Source: Tubulanus polymorphus
Lineage: Eukaryota > Animalia > Nemertea
Direction of reading: 5' to 3'
NCBI RefSeq assembly: GCF_964204645.1
Contig: NC_134029.1
Span: forward strand, 12,488,850 to 12,552,849
Length of the DNA stretch: 64,000 nt
Under the pieces are notes generated by a model that saw nothing but the letters and a program-made list of their open reading frames with translations, did not search any database and had not been told where the DNA came from. This document shows, piece after piece, positions 37,247 through 48,566 of the stretch. Within the stretch, counting starts at the first letter, position 1. Each line of letters opens with the position of its first letter. Position numbers and translations under genes: made by a program.

Positions 37247-37897
37247 TTAACATTCAACGCATTTTTCATTATGTGTTGAGTTCCATAATTCAACAAATGT
37301 CTTTGCTTTATCCAGTTGATCTAAATATAACTGTATATCTAGTTTATTAGATTTAATTATATTTTCTTTCTTTTCAAGAGGCCTTAAATTTCTCCAACCC
37401 CAAATAAGTTTTTTATTGTATTCATCATTCATGTTAAATTTAGAAATCGGCAACACATGATCAATATGAAAGTATTCACCATAATTATCTATATTCATTT
37501 TATCGTCGAATTGATATATTATCCATGATTTTAAGAATTCATCTGAACAACCCAATAGATTAGATAGTGTTTCTGAATGTGTTTCTTTGTTGAATAATTG
37601 TGTTAATCTAGATCTTAAACATTGTTTCAATCTAAAATTAAGATCTGTTTGATATCTTTCTCTCATATATTCTGCCATATAATAATTATAATGTTCTATA
37701 TCATCTTCTCGGTATTTTTTGGTATATAGTTTATAACAAGTTTTACAGCAATATTGAAAACCATCTTTGCTAATCTTACGCTTACTAAATTCTGTTAATG
37801 ATTTATCTAATTCACATTTAGAACACTTCTTGTAGTATATGTTTATAACGCCAGTGTTATTTGTAATATTTATAGTTTGTGGTTGTTCTGGTTCCAT
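37247..37897 (-). CDS. HNH-type endonuclease with N-terminal CxxC...CxxC
   Basis: KCSKC...CCKTC, LLGCS, FHIDHVLP...WRNLRPL...ENIIKSNK, a pattern familiar from giant-virus and phage HNH proteins. Confidence 0.8.
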   Translation of the reverse strand: MEPEQPQTINITNNTGVINIYYKKCSKCELDKSLTEFSKRKISKDGFQYCCKTCYKLYTKKYREDDIEHYNYYMAEYMRERYQTDLNFRLKQCLRSRLTQLFNKETHSETLSNLLGCSDEFLKSWIIYQFDDKMNIDNYGEYFHIDHVLPISKFNMNDEYNKKLIWGWRNLRPLEKKENIIKSNKLDIQLYLDQLDKAKTFVELWNSTHNEKCVEC

Positions 37898-37974
37898 TTA
37901 TTATATGTATTTTTTACTAAATTGGTTAATATTTTAGAATCCTCTTCCATTTCTTCGACCAACGTCATCCTTTT

Positions 37975-38226
37975 TCATTCCTCGCTGCTTTTGATAAGTT
38001 GTTTCGATTCCTTGATATCAAATTCCTCAACGTATTGTTCATTATTTGGATCATTATTCCATAATTCAATAAATTTCTTTGCCTTTGTTAACTGTTCTGA
38101 ATATAACTGTAAATACTCTAATTTCAATTTATTCTCTAAATGTGTTTTAGTTTTATTGTGTCTTGCTTTTTGGGATTTATCTACATTGATATTACATGTT
38201 GGACAGTAGTACTTATTTGCTTCCAT
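37975..38226 (-). CDS. Chimeric 83-aa ORF: pPolB N-terminal Zn finger plus HNH-like tail
   Basis: First 38 aa nearly identical to the pol start; QLYSEQLTKAKKFIELWN resembles QLYLDQLDKAKTFVELWN of the HNH ORF. Confidence 0.6.
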   Translation of the reverse strand: MEANKYYCPTCNINVDKSQKARHNKTKTHLENKLKLEYLQLYSEQLTKAKKFIELWNNDPNNEQYVEEFDIKESKQLIKSSEE

Positions 38227-38456
38227 TTTAATACTAAATTTTTTATTAAAATTGATTTTAGAAGTTATTCATTTATATTTTATTCATATATATGAATATT
38301 TTAAGAGTAATAGGGATTATGTTGTTTAATATCAAAGGTTGAAGGGGCGAGTAAGTAAAAATAAAAAATAAATTCGAGTTTGCGAGAATTTATTTTTTAT
38401 TTTTTATGAGCTCGACCTTTCGACCTTTGGTATGAAACAACATATTCCCTATTACT
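38113..38456 (-). repeat. Right TIR of B
   Basis: Reverse complement of 22675-23019, roughly a dozen differences by eye. Confidence 0.95.
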
Positions 38457-39206
38457 CACTTCAAGCGACAAAGCGAACGATCTCCTTTCCCCCACAGCGA
38501 ACACTTACTCCAAATTTCAAGTGTGAGTCCAGCATACGGAAAGGAGTGTGTTATATACTTGTATTTAGTAAATACCTTGTGCATTTGACAATGATCAGTA
38601 TGTACTGTAGGAAATATAGATTATTGATGGTATTGATATAGAGGTTGAAGCCCGTGGCCGAATAAAGTGATAGATTCTTTTATTTTGATACCTCGTCGAC
38701 ATAACAGCTTTTCTCCGCTATATCGCTTCGGCGTGTTTACTTTAGGCCTACGACTCCCCGGTACACTTATGATTTATCTTAGTAAATACACGGTTAATTT
38801 GGTAAAGAAAAATAGGTATTGCTAAATTAACTGCTTGACGCCCGCAGCCAAATCACTGGTAGTATTAAATTAATTTGTACTCGATTTGATTCTCAGCCCC
38901 GGAACGACGATGTAGTGACACACGTCGATTTTTCGATGTTTACGGCTCGACAGTGCTTTTAAAATCTAAAGTAGTAAATTTCCTGTGTATCAGTAATATA
39001 ATTTGATGAGGAAAACGGGTTACTGTTAAAATTAGTTTTTAAAAACCGCGACAGAATGTGCAATCTTTCGGTAACAAATTTGTTAATTTATGCTTGAATT
39101 GATAATCGATGTGACAAAAAACGTGCGGTAGATTTCGGAAAGACGACTTAGAAAAACATGTCGGCCCTTTGAATGGGGCTCAATTTTCGATGTTTATGGC
39201 CCGACA

Positions 39207-39532
39207 CATCCTCGCTCGCCAGGGGTCAGGTATCACTCCCGAACTCGCTTCCATCAGCCCCCTGGCCTCACGAAGCGTGATTTCATTACTGGCGCTGTTG
39301 CGCATGACGTCATATATCGATTTGCGAAATACTTCCTTGTTCAGTAAAACGTTCGCTGATTGGTCCATTTAACGGGAAAACCAATAGAAGCCTAAAGTCG
39401 TTTGTTACAAGCGCTGTGATTGGTACGACCGGATTCTGGTCGGCTAGTAACGACTCCAACGACTCGTGAGGTCAAGGGGTTCGGCGAACAGCTTTAGCGT
39501 AGTGGGTTCGAATCCCTTGACGGGTGAAGATG
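39207..39532. mobile_element. 326-bp MITE-like insertion with 9-bp TSD
   Basis: TSD GGCCCGACA (39198-39206, 39533-39541); imperfect 19-bp TIR CATCCTCGCTCGCCAGGGG / CCCTTGACGGGTGAAGATG; empty site at 10176 and 20737. Confidence 0.85.
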
Positions 39533-39683
39533 GGCCCGACAGTGCTTTTGTAATGTTGATTCTTCAAAATTCGCACGGAGTATTTGTAGATCGAAGTGAG
39601 CTGAATGATATCAGACGGATTGTATCGGCAACAGCGGTAATGTAAAAAAGCCTATGTACTTTTGACAAAAAATGTGTGGAAAA

Positions 39684-39721
<38 letters not shown>

Positions 39722-39769
39722 GAAACACGCGAATCTCAATAGGGTTTTCTGTGATGTAACAGAAAACCC

Positions 39770-39890
39770 TAATGAATTGTCGCGGGCGATGAAACCAAAA
39801 TAATGAATTGTCGCGGGCGATAAAACCACAATAATGAATTGTCGCGTGCGACAAAACCAAAATAATGAATTGTCGCGGGCGACAAAACCA
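39770..39890. repeat. 31-bp satellite array 4 (~4 units)
   Basis: Same unit. Confidence 0.9.
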
Positions 39891-41140
39891 AACTAGGGGT
39901 CCAGGGACACCATGCTCACTTGGGAAGTGGTTTCAAATGCTCAACAATCTAACAATTTCAATGCATAACGCCCTCTAGTGACCATATACAAAAACCAATG
40001 ACCTTGAAACCCACCACAATCATAGAACATGTGAGCAGCTTTGATTTTGTAATTGATTGTGATAACATAATTTGCCTCGTTACCAATTTAATATGGAAAT
40101 ACTAAGCCATTCTACTATTCAACGCCCCCTGGTGACTATATGAAATAACTAATGTCCTTAAAAACTCACCACAATCATAGACGATGTCATGAACTACAAC
40201 TTTGCAATGGATCATGGTAACCAACTATGCCTAGGCACCAATCTAATAAGGAAAAACTAAGCCTTTCTACTATTCAACGCCCCCTGGTGACTATATGGAA
40301 TAACTAATGTCCTTAAAAACTCACCACAATCATAGACGATGTCATGAACTACAACTTTGCAATTGATCATGGTAACAAAATATGCCTTGGTACAAATATA
40401 ATATAGCCATACTAAGTTATTGTATTATTCAACGCCCCCTGATGGCCACATACAAAAACCAATGACCTTGAAACTCACCAAAACATAGAACACGTTATGG
40501 GCTACAACTTTCCAATTGAATATAGTAACACAATATGCTTAGGTATCAATTTAATGTGCAAAAAATTTTTCCCACCTACGAATGAGTACTGTTGACACCA
40601 AGATGGCCGCCAATTGCGTCGTAATTGGATGATCAAAAATACCTGTCCCAGGTATAAAACATCCCTCTCTAAAGAATACCCATCAGCAATTGCAATGAGA
40701 AATGGCAAACCAGTAGGAAGCTACAGGACCTAGAATTCTGGCCAAAATTGACATTTTTGGGCACTAAAAAGGTCATAGGACGGCCATCTTGAGTCAGATC
40801 GACCCAATTTTCTTATGCTGATGGGCCTTTGGTAGATTCAAATATAAACGAAAGATCAAGGTAATTGATCAAAGCGTCTTCGAAATTTCCCACGAAAACT
40901 TCGAAAATGTTTAAAAAGTGCTGATTTTGGCAAACAACAATAGCTGCTAGTCAGCCATCTTGAATCTGACAGGGCCAGTTTTTGGGCTGACGATGTGTCT
41001 AGGGTAGATACATGTATAAACCAAATATCAAGACATTACCTTGAAGCGTCTTCAAAACCTCCTGGATTCCGTCTATGGACCGACGGACGGACGAAAAGTG
41101 AACGTAATAGCCCGCTGGGACTAAAGCCCAAAGTTGACTG
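39891..41140 (+). mobile_element. Second copy of the Helentron/DINE-like element in satellite
   Basis: Colinear with 11171-12429 with identical satellite junctions. Confidence 0.75.
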
Positions 41141-41146
41141 AAAAAG

Positions 41147-42367
41147 AATTGTCGCGGGCGACAAAACCAAACTAATGAATTGTCGCGGGTGATAAAACCA
41201 AAATATTGAATGGTCGCGGGCGACATAACCAAGCTAATGAATTGTCGCGGGCGATAAAACCAAACTAATGAATTGTCGCGGGCGATAAAACCAAAATAAT
41301 GAATTGTCTCGGGCGACAAAACCAAACTAATGAATTGTCGCGGGCGATAAACCAAACTAATGAATTTTCGCGGGTGATAAAACCAAAATAATGAATTGTC
41401 TCGGGCGATAAATCCAAAATAATGAATTGTCGCGGGCGACAAAACCAAAATAATGAATTGTCGCGGGCGATAAACCAAAATAATGAATGGTCTCGGGCGA
41501 CAAAACCAAAATAATGAATTGTCGCGGGCGATAAAAACAAAATATTGAATTGTCGCAGGCGATAAAACCAAGATAATGAATTATCGCGGGCGATAAAACA
41601 AAAATATTGAATTGTCGCGGGCGATGAAACCAAAATAATGAGTTGTCGCGGGCGACAAAACCAAAATATTGAATTGTTGCGGGCGACAAAAACAAAGTAT
41701 AAAACCAAAATAATGAATTGTCGCGGGCGACAAAAACAAAGTATAAAACCAAAATAATGAATTGTCGCGGGCGACAAAACCAAACTAATGAATTGTCGCG
41801 GGCGACAAAACCAAAAAAAGAATTGTCGGGGCGACAAAACCAAAATAATGAATTGTCGCGGGCGACAAAACCAAAATAATGAATTGTCGCGGGCGATAAA
41901 ACCAAAATAATGAATTATCGCGGGCGATAAAACCAAAATATTGAATTGTCACGGGCGATAAAACCAAAATATTGAATTGTTGCGGGCGACAAAACCAAAC
42001 TAATGAATTGTCGCGGGCGAAAAAACCAAAAAAAGAATGGTCGGGGCGACAAAACCAAAATAATGAATTGTCGCGGGCGATAAAACCAAAATAATGAATT
42101 GTCGCGGGCGATAAAACCAAAGTAATGAATTGTTGCGGGTGACAAAACCAAAATGGTGAATTGTGGCGGGCGACAAAACCAAAATAATGAATTGTCGCGG
42201 GCGATATAACCAAAATAATGAATTGTCGCGGGCGATAAAACCAAAATAATGAATTGTTGCGGGCGACAACACCAAAATGGTGAATTGTGGCGGGCGAAAA
42301 ACCAAAATAATGAATTATCGCGGGCGATAAAACCAAAATAATCAATTGTCGCCGGCGACAAAATCAA
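41147..42367. repeat. 31-bp satellite array 5 (~39 units)
   Basis: Same unit; same downstream cap as arrays 1 and 3. Confidence 0.97.
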
Positions 42368-43803
42368 AATCATTGTTTTCTCGCGTTATTTTAGTTTTGT
42401 CGTTTTGTCGTAATGTCGCCCTCATTTGCATATTCGTGTTTTGTTATCTTATCAGCCACCATACTAAAGCTTTAAGGTCGCGTAAAACTCGATAAACACT
42501 TCAAGCGACACAGCGAACGATCTCCTTTCCCCCACAGCGAACGCTTACTCCGAATGTCAAGTGTGAGTCCAGCATACGGATAGGAGTGTGTTTTATACTT
42601 GTATTTAGTAAATACCTTGTGGATTTGACAATGATCGGTATGTACTGTAGGAAATATAGAGTATTGATGGTATTCATATGGAGGCCCGCGGCCGAATAAA
42701 GTAATATATTGTCTTATTTTGATACCTCGTCGACATAACAGCTTTTCTCCGCTATATCTCTTCGGCGTGTTTAGTTTAGGCCTACGACTCCCCGGTACAC
42801 TTTTGATTTATCTTAGTAAAAACACGGTAAATTTGGTAAAGAAAAATAGGTATTGCTAAATTAACTGCTTGACGCCCGCAGCCAAATCACTGGTAGTAAT
42901 AAATTAATTTGTACTCGATTTGATTCTCAGAATGAGGAGAAACTCGCAGCTGATTCCCGGAACGACGAAGTAGTGACACACGTCGATTTGTCGATGTTTA
43001 CGGCTCGACAGTGCTTTTAAAATCTAAAGTAGTAAATTTCCTGTGTATTGGTATTAGAATTTGATGAGGAAAATGGGTTATTGTTAAAATTAGTTTTTAA
43101 AAACCGCGACAGAATGTGCAATCTTTGGGTAATAAATTTGTTAATTGATGCTTGAATTGATAAATGTGACAAGAAACGTGCGGTAGATTTCGGAAAGACG
43201 ACTTAGAAAAACATGTCGGCTCTTTGAATGGGGCTCAATTTTCGATGTTTACGGTCCGACAGTGCTTTTGTACTAGCCGAATTCGAAGTATTAAAGCCTA
43301 TATATGATGCTCACTAACTAGTTTTGCCGAATTCGAAGCTATATGCTATCTAACTTGTATACGGCACAAACACAAACAAGGCTATTAAAAATTCCTCAGT
43401 TGCGTTCAGTCGAGCAATGTCCTAATTCAACGGCAAAACACGCGACTTGTAGAACAGATAAAAATATCACTACTGCTTACGTCTTTACTACAGATCTAGA
43501 ACAACACAGTTCTATCAATGCATTTTAGGATAGACACACAAACACACGTACTTAGGAGACGCTGTGGGAATAAGACACGTATACAATACATATACGTATA
43601 TGGATACTGTTTGAATCGGGCTTAAATTTCGATGTTTAAAGGCTCACAGTGAGTAAACAGTGCAATTCTAATTAATATAATATACAGTATTTGTCAATGC
43701 AGCGTAGTACTTGTGATACAGAATGGTTTCACCGACAGTGAAAGTAAATTGCAGTTGTTTATATCCTTTCAGTACGATCCAGTGTGAAAAAGAATATAAT
43801 AAA

Positions 43804-43851
<48 letters not shown>

Positions 43852-44008
43852 CAACAGAATTACAATAGGGTTTCTGCGAAGGCAGCAGAAACCCTAATAA
43901 TAATCAGCAGGAATACAATAGGGTTTCTGCGAAGGCAGCAGAAACCCTAATAATAAGAAACACGCGAATCTCAATAGGGTTTTCTGTGATGTAACAGAAA
44001 ACCCTAAT

Positions 44009-46667
44009 AAATATAGCTGCAAAGCAGCGATAACGGGTTTTCTGCACAGTCTTAGAATCCTGTTCAACGGTGGATCTCGACATAGCATTTGATAAAGCAC
44101 AACATCAGCCATTACTAACTAAACAGGCTATTAGGAAACAGTATCAATGATAGGTCGCCCAAATGGCTCAGCAGTTATCTCTGAACGAAAACTTGTAGCC
44201 GAAATCAACGGAACGCCTCATTTTGGAATAAGTCAGTCTAACTAGTGGAGTCACGCAAGGTAGTATCCTAGATCATCTTCTGTTTAATGTCCTGACAAAT
44301 GACATACACAGTAATCCAAAATATACCAGACCGAGTAAATTTCCCAAACGAACTTACCACGCTGTTCGACCAAAAACTTAATGTTCCGACAAGAAAATCG
44401 TTTTCGAGTGAAAACAATTCAGTTTGGTTGAACAATACGCTTTTTTGAACCAAAACTTTCTTCATTCTGACAAAAAAAATGTGTTCGAAGGAAAAGCTAT
44501 GTAATTGTTGAAATGAAAAACTTTTTGTCCCGGCAAAAAAATTTGGTTGAGCAAAAACAATTTTTTCGACCAAATGTTCGAATGAAAACAATTCTTTTCG
44601 ATTGAACGAAATACTTAATACTCTTGGTTCGGAGAAAAAACTTTTTACAATATACTTGTTCGAATGATAAACTTAATGTTCTGACAAGAAAGTTCTGTTC
44701 AAATTAAAACGATTCTGTTTGATCGAACGATTGTTCGAATGAAAAACTTTTCGTTTGGAAAAAAAAAGTTTGTTCAAATTTGTTCTAACGATTTTTCAAA
44801 TTGGTTCAATCGAAAAGAATATTATTGGTTGGAACGAAATAAATTTTGTTCCGACGAAAGAATTTTCAAGCGAAAGGTCTTTTGAACGAAAAAAAAAGAT
44901 ATTTCTGGGGCTCCGCAGTAACTTAAAGCCGGACGTAGGTCGGCCTTGTGACGCGATGCGATCCTCGCGTTGCATCGCAAGTTTCGGTGCAAGTCGGTTG
45001 CGATACGATTGTGTGCAACTAGTTTCTGCCAGTCGCAAGAGTGCGTAGGTCGGTTGTGACAGTCGTGTCGCGTCGCAGAAAGTAGAACACGTGTGACTCC
45101 TTGAAACTGGCGTTGCTGACAGTCGCAACCATTCGCGAGGGAGCGTAGGTCGATGAGTCGTTGTGACACAATCGTCACTGGCGGTCGCAGTGAATGGTGT
45201 CGCAGTGGGTCACAAGCCGTCGCAAAGCCGACCTACGCCTGCCTTAACTCATTAGGAATTAATGAAATACCAGTTTCATTTATGATGAAAAAACTCAAAT
45301 GAAAAGTCTGTCTTATAAAGCTGTCTGCTCAGACGAAATTTTCAAAACAAATCTTCATTTTTTCCTGAAATAGATAATTGTGATTGATCGTTGCAAGTCA
45401 GAACCAGTTAATCACTAATTAAGATGCATTTTAAAAAATCTGGTTCCTCCTATACAGTGAACTTAGCTTTAACCTAGTAGAGGCTACTAGCCTATGTAGG
45501 CCTATGTATATGCGTAGGCCTAACATCCGGACTGATTTGTCGTAGGCCTATTGAATAACAACCCTCCTAAATATCGTAAATTTTGTTTTGAAGTTCAATC
45601 CCATGAGTCCGTTAATAACCGCAACATTTATACTGTGTTTGTTTGAGACAGTAAATGTCAGTACCAGTAGGCCTAAAGCCTTAAGGTCGCGTAAAACTCG
45701 ACACAGCGAACGATCTCCTTTCCCCCACAGCGAACGCTTACTCCGAATGTCAAGTGTGAGTCCAACATACGGATAAGAGTGTTTTATGTACTTGTATTTA
45801 GTGAATACCTTGTGCATTTGACAATGATCGGTATGTACTGTAGGAAATATAGAGAATTGATGGTATTGATATAGAGGTTGAAGCCCGCGGCCGAATAAAG
45901 TAATATATTCTTTTATTTTGATACCTCGTCGACATAACAGCTTTTCTCCGCTATATCTCTTCGGCGTGTTTAGTTTAGGCCTACGACTCCCCGGTACACT
46001 AAAGATTTATCTTAGTAAATACACGGTTAATTTGGTAAGGAAAAATAGATATTATTAAACTAACTCCTTGAAACCCGCAGCCAAATCACTGGTAGTAACA
46101 AATTAATTTGTACTCGATTTGATTCTCATGATGAGGAGAAACTCGCAGCTGATCCCCGGAACGACGATGTAGTGACACACGTCCATTCGTCGATGTTGAC
46201 GGCTCGAAAGTGCTTTTAAAATCTAAAGTAGTAAATTTCCAGTGTATCGGTAATATGATTTGATGAGGAAAATGGGCTATTGTTAAAATTACTGTTTGAA
46301 GACCGCGGCTGAATGTGAAGTCTGCGGCAATAAATTAGTTCATTTATACTTGAATTGATAATCGAAGTGACAATCGGCCTGCGGGTCGATTTCGGGATGA
46401 CGACTCGAAAAACATGTCGCCCCATTGAATGGGGCTAAATTTTCAATGTTTACGGCCCGATAGTGCTTTTGTAACGATGATTCGTGAAAAACACGCAGAG
46501 TATTTGTAGATCTCAGTGAGCTGAACGATATCATACGGATTGTATCGACAACAGCGGCAAGGTAACAAAGCCTTAGTTCTTTTAGTGAAAATAGTGTGAC
46601 ATAAAATAATAATAAGAAGAAACACGCGAATCTCAATAGGGTTTTCTGTGATGTAACAGAAAACCCT
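44009..46667 (+). mobile_element. Uninterrupted composite Helentron-like element
   Basis: Same start and hairpin end as 20906-39770; contains the RT fragment and MITE 44927-45244. Confidence 0.7.
44927..45244. mobile_element. PIF/Harbinger-like MITE, second copy
   Basis: TAA on both sides; agccggacgtaggtcggc / gccgacctacgcctgcct TIRs. Confidence 0.6.
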
Positions 46668-46670
46668 AAT

Positions 46671-48426
46671 AAATATAGCTGCAAAGCAGCGATTACGGGT
46701 TTCTGCCTTGCTGGATGAGGAGCGCCACCTAGGGGTCAGCTGATAACATGGCTATGTTGATTCACATGGGATACTACGCGAAAAGTTCTAATGTACCAAG
46801 GTTAGGGGATATGACACCGAGAATAACGAAGATACGGTACTTTGCCGGTTTGCATACTACTGAATTACAATCGAAGAAACTGATGCTAGAATGAGTTTTC
46901 AACATTAACGCCCCCAAGTGGGTAGAATAGGAACTAATTATTTTAGGGATTCGTTGTATCTTATATCCAGGTACATGTCTATCAATTTTCATAGAGATCC
47001 CTTTATCCGCTTAGTAGCTATCAATGAAAATGCATTTCCAGCAAAATGTAGGTGGCGCTCCTGGAGAACCATATAAGTTACCTACTTAAACCATACATAA
47101 ATCCAAGCATCTTGAAAAAGGCTACTAACCAAACATTGCAACCTCGATTCTATCGCCAACGGTTAAGGACCTAGGGGCAAAAATCGTGGTTTTCACAGTC
47201 CCCTGGTGGCAGTTGTATGAACTAATCATGCAGGATGGCATATTACACACATGTCTTTGTTCTTATACCAAGTTTTGTGATTTTCATAATAAACAGACCG
47301 CATTAAATGCGAAAAATGGATGCTGAAATTGATTTTTCAAAATGTACGCCCCTAGTGGTTAAAATAGGAACTAATCATATGGGGGTTCGTTTCGTTTAGT
47401 AACCCGGTACATGTGTATCAATTTTTATAGAAATCCATTGATACCCTTAGTCGATATAGATGAAAATGCGTATTCAAGCGTCTTATAGGTGGCGCTACTG
47501 GAGAACCATATGAGTTACATAGTTATACCATACATCAATAAAAGCGTCTTCGCAAGGGCTACTGATCGCTCGTTGCAACCACGATTCTATCTCCAAAGGT
47601 TAAGGAGCTAGGAGCAAAAATCTCATTAAAAAATTTGGGGGCCCATTTTCGAGCCCGTAGAGCCCAAACGGTTAATCGCAGATAGGGCGTGTCATTCACT
47701 TTTTTAACCTCCGGACTGTTATGAACAACTTTCGTGCCCGCCCGAAGCTGAAAAGTCAAAGACAAAAAAATTTCTCACACTAACTTTTCGATGTCAGAAT
47801 TTTCAAATGTAAAACACCCCCTGGTGGATGAACGGGGACCCCAATCAAAGATCCCTTCGACTTACCTCAAGGTACCTGTGATCCGTACATCTCACGAAAG
47901 TTTCAAGTAAATCCGTCAAGGAATATTGTAATGCTAACAGAATATAGCCATCCAGGCTCTCGCGTATAGATACCGTAGCTGCATTCATTAGCTCTATCCA
48001 GGGAAGTTACTGCAAGGATGCTATTGCTTGTGTATGTGGCACAAAAATTCCTCAGTTGCGTTCACTCGAGACTGACCCCATTCAGTGCGCCACATATATA
48101 TAAAGAAACTAAGAAACTACAGATCTAGTACACACGCTCTATCACTGCTTATAGGGACACTGACACAAACAGACGCACTGACGCGCTGTGGGAATGACAC
48201 GTAGGCAATACACATACGTAGATGGATACTGTTTGAATCGGGCTTAAATTTCGATGTTTAGAGGCTCACAGTGAGTAAACAGTGCAATTCTGATTAATAT
48301 CACGGACAGTATTTGTCAATGCAGCGTAGTACTTGTGATACAGAATGGTTTCACCGACAGTGAAAGTAAGTTGCAGTTGTTTATATCCTTTCAGTAAGAT
48401 CCAGTGTGAAAAAGAATATAATAATG

Positions 48427-48459
<33 letters not shown>

Positions 48460-48566
48460 GTCAGCAGGAATACAATAGGGTTTCTGCGAAGGCTGCAGAA
48501 ACCCTAATAATAATAATAATAATCAGCAGGAATACAATAGGGTTTCTGCGAAGGCAGCAGAATCCC
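46671..48566 (+). mobile_element. Second Helentron-like subfamily
   Basis: Same 5' aaatatagctgcaaagcagcgat, different body with a ~440-bp-offset internal duplication, (AAT)n and hairpin agggtttctgc-gaaggct-gcagaaaccct; its 3' part is also at ~43385-43948. Confidence 0.6.

Larger units (their letters stand above)
22675..38456 (+). mobile_element. Polinton/Maverick element B, TIR-to-TIR (15782 bp)
   Basis: 5'-AGT...ACT-3' ends; 6-bp TSD CACTTC (22669-22674, 38457-38462); encodes pPolB, minor and major capsid, ATPase and integrase. Confidence 0.97.
20906..39770 (+). mobile_element. Composite Helentron-like element (~2.7 kb) split by Polinton B and a 326-bp MITE
   Basis: Starts aaatatagctgcaaagcagcgataacgggttttctg; ends (AAT)n plus hairpin at 39741-39770; flanks join colinearly with the uninterrupted copy 44009-46667. 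Confidence 0.7.

Noticed and set aside
39470-39522. tRNA gene suggested by GGTTCGAATCCC
   Set aside because: No convincing D arm, anticodon arm or acceptor stem; lies inside a TSD-flanked insertion.
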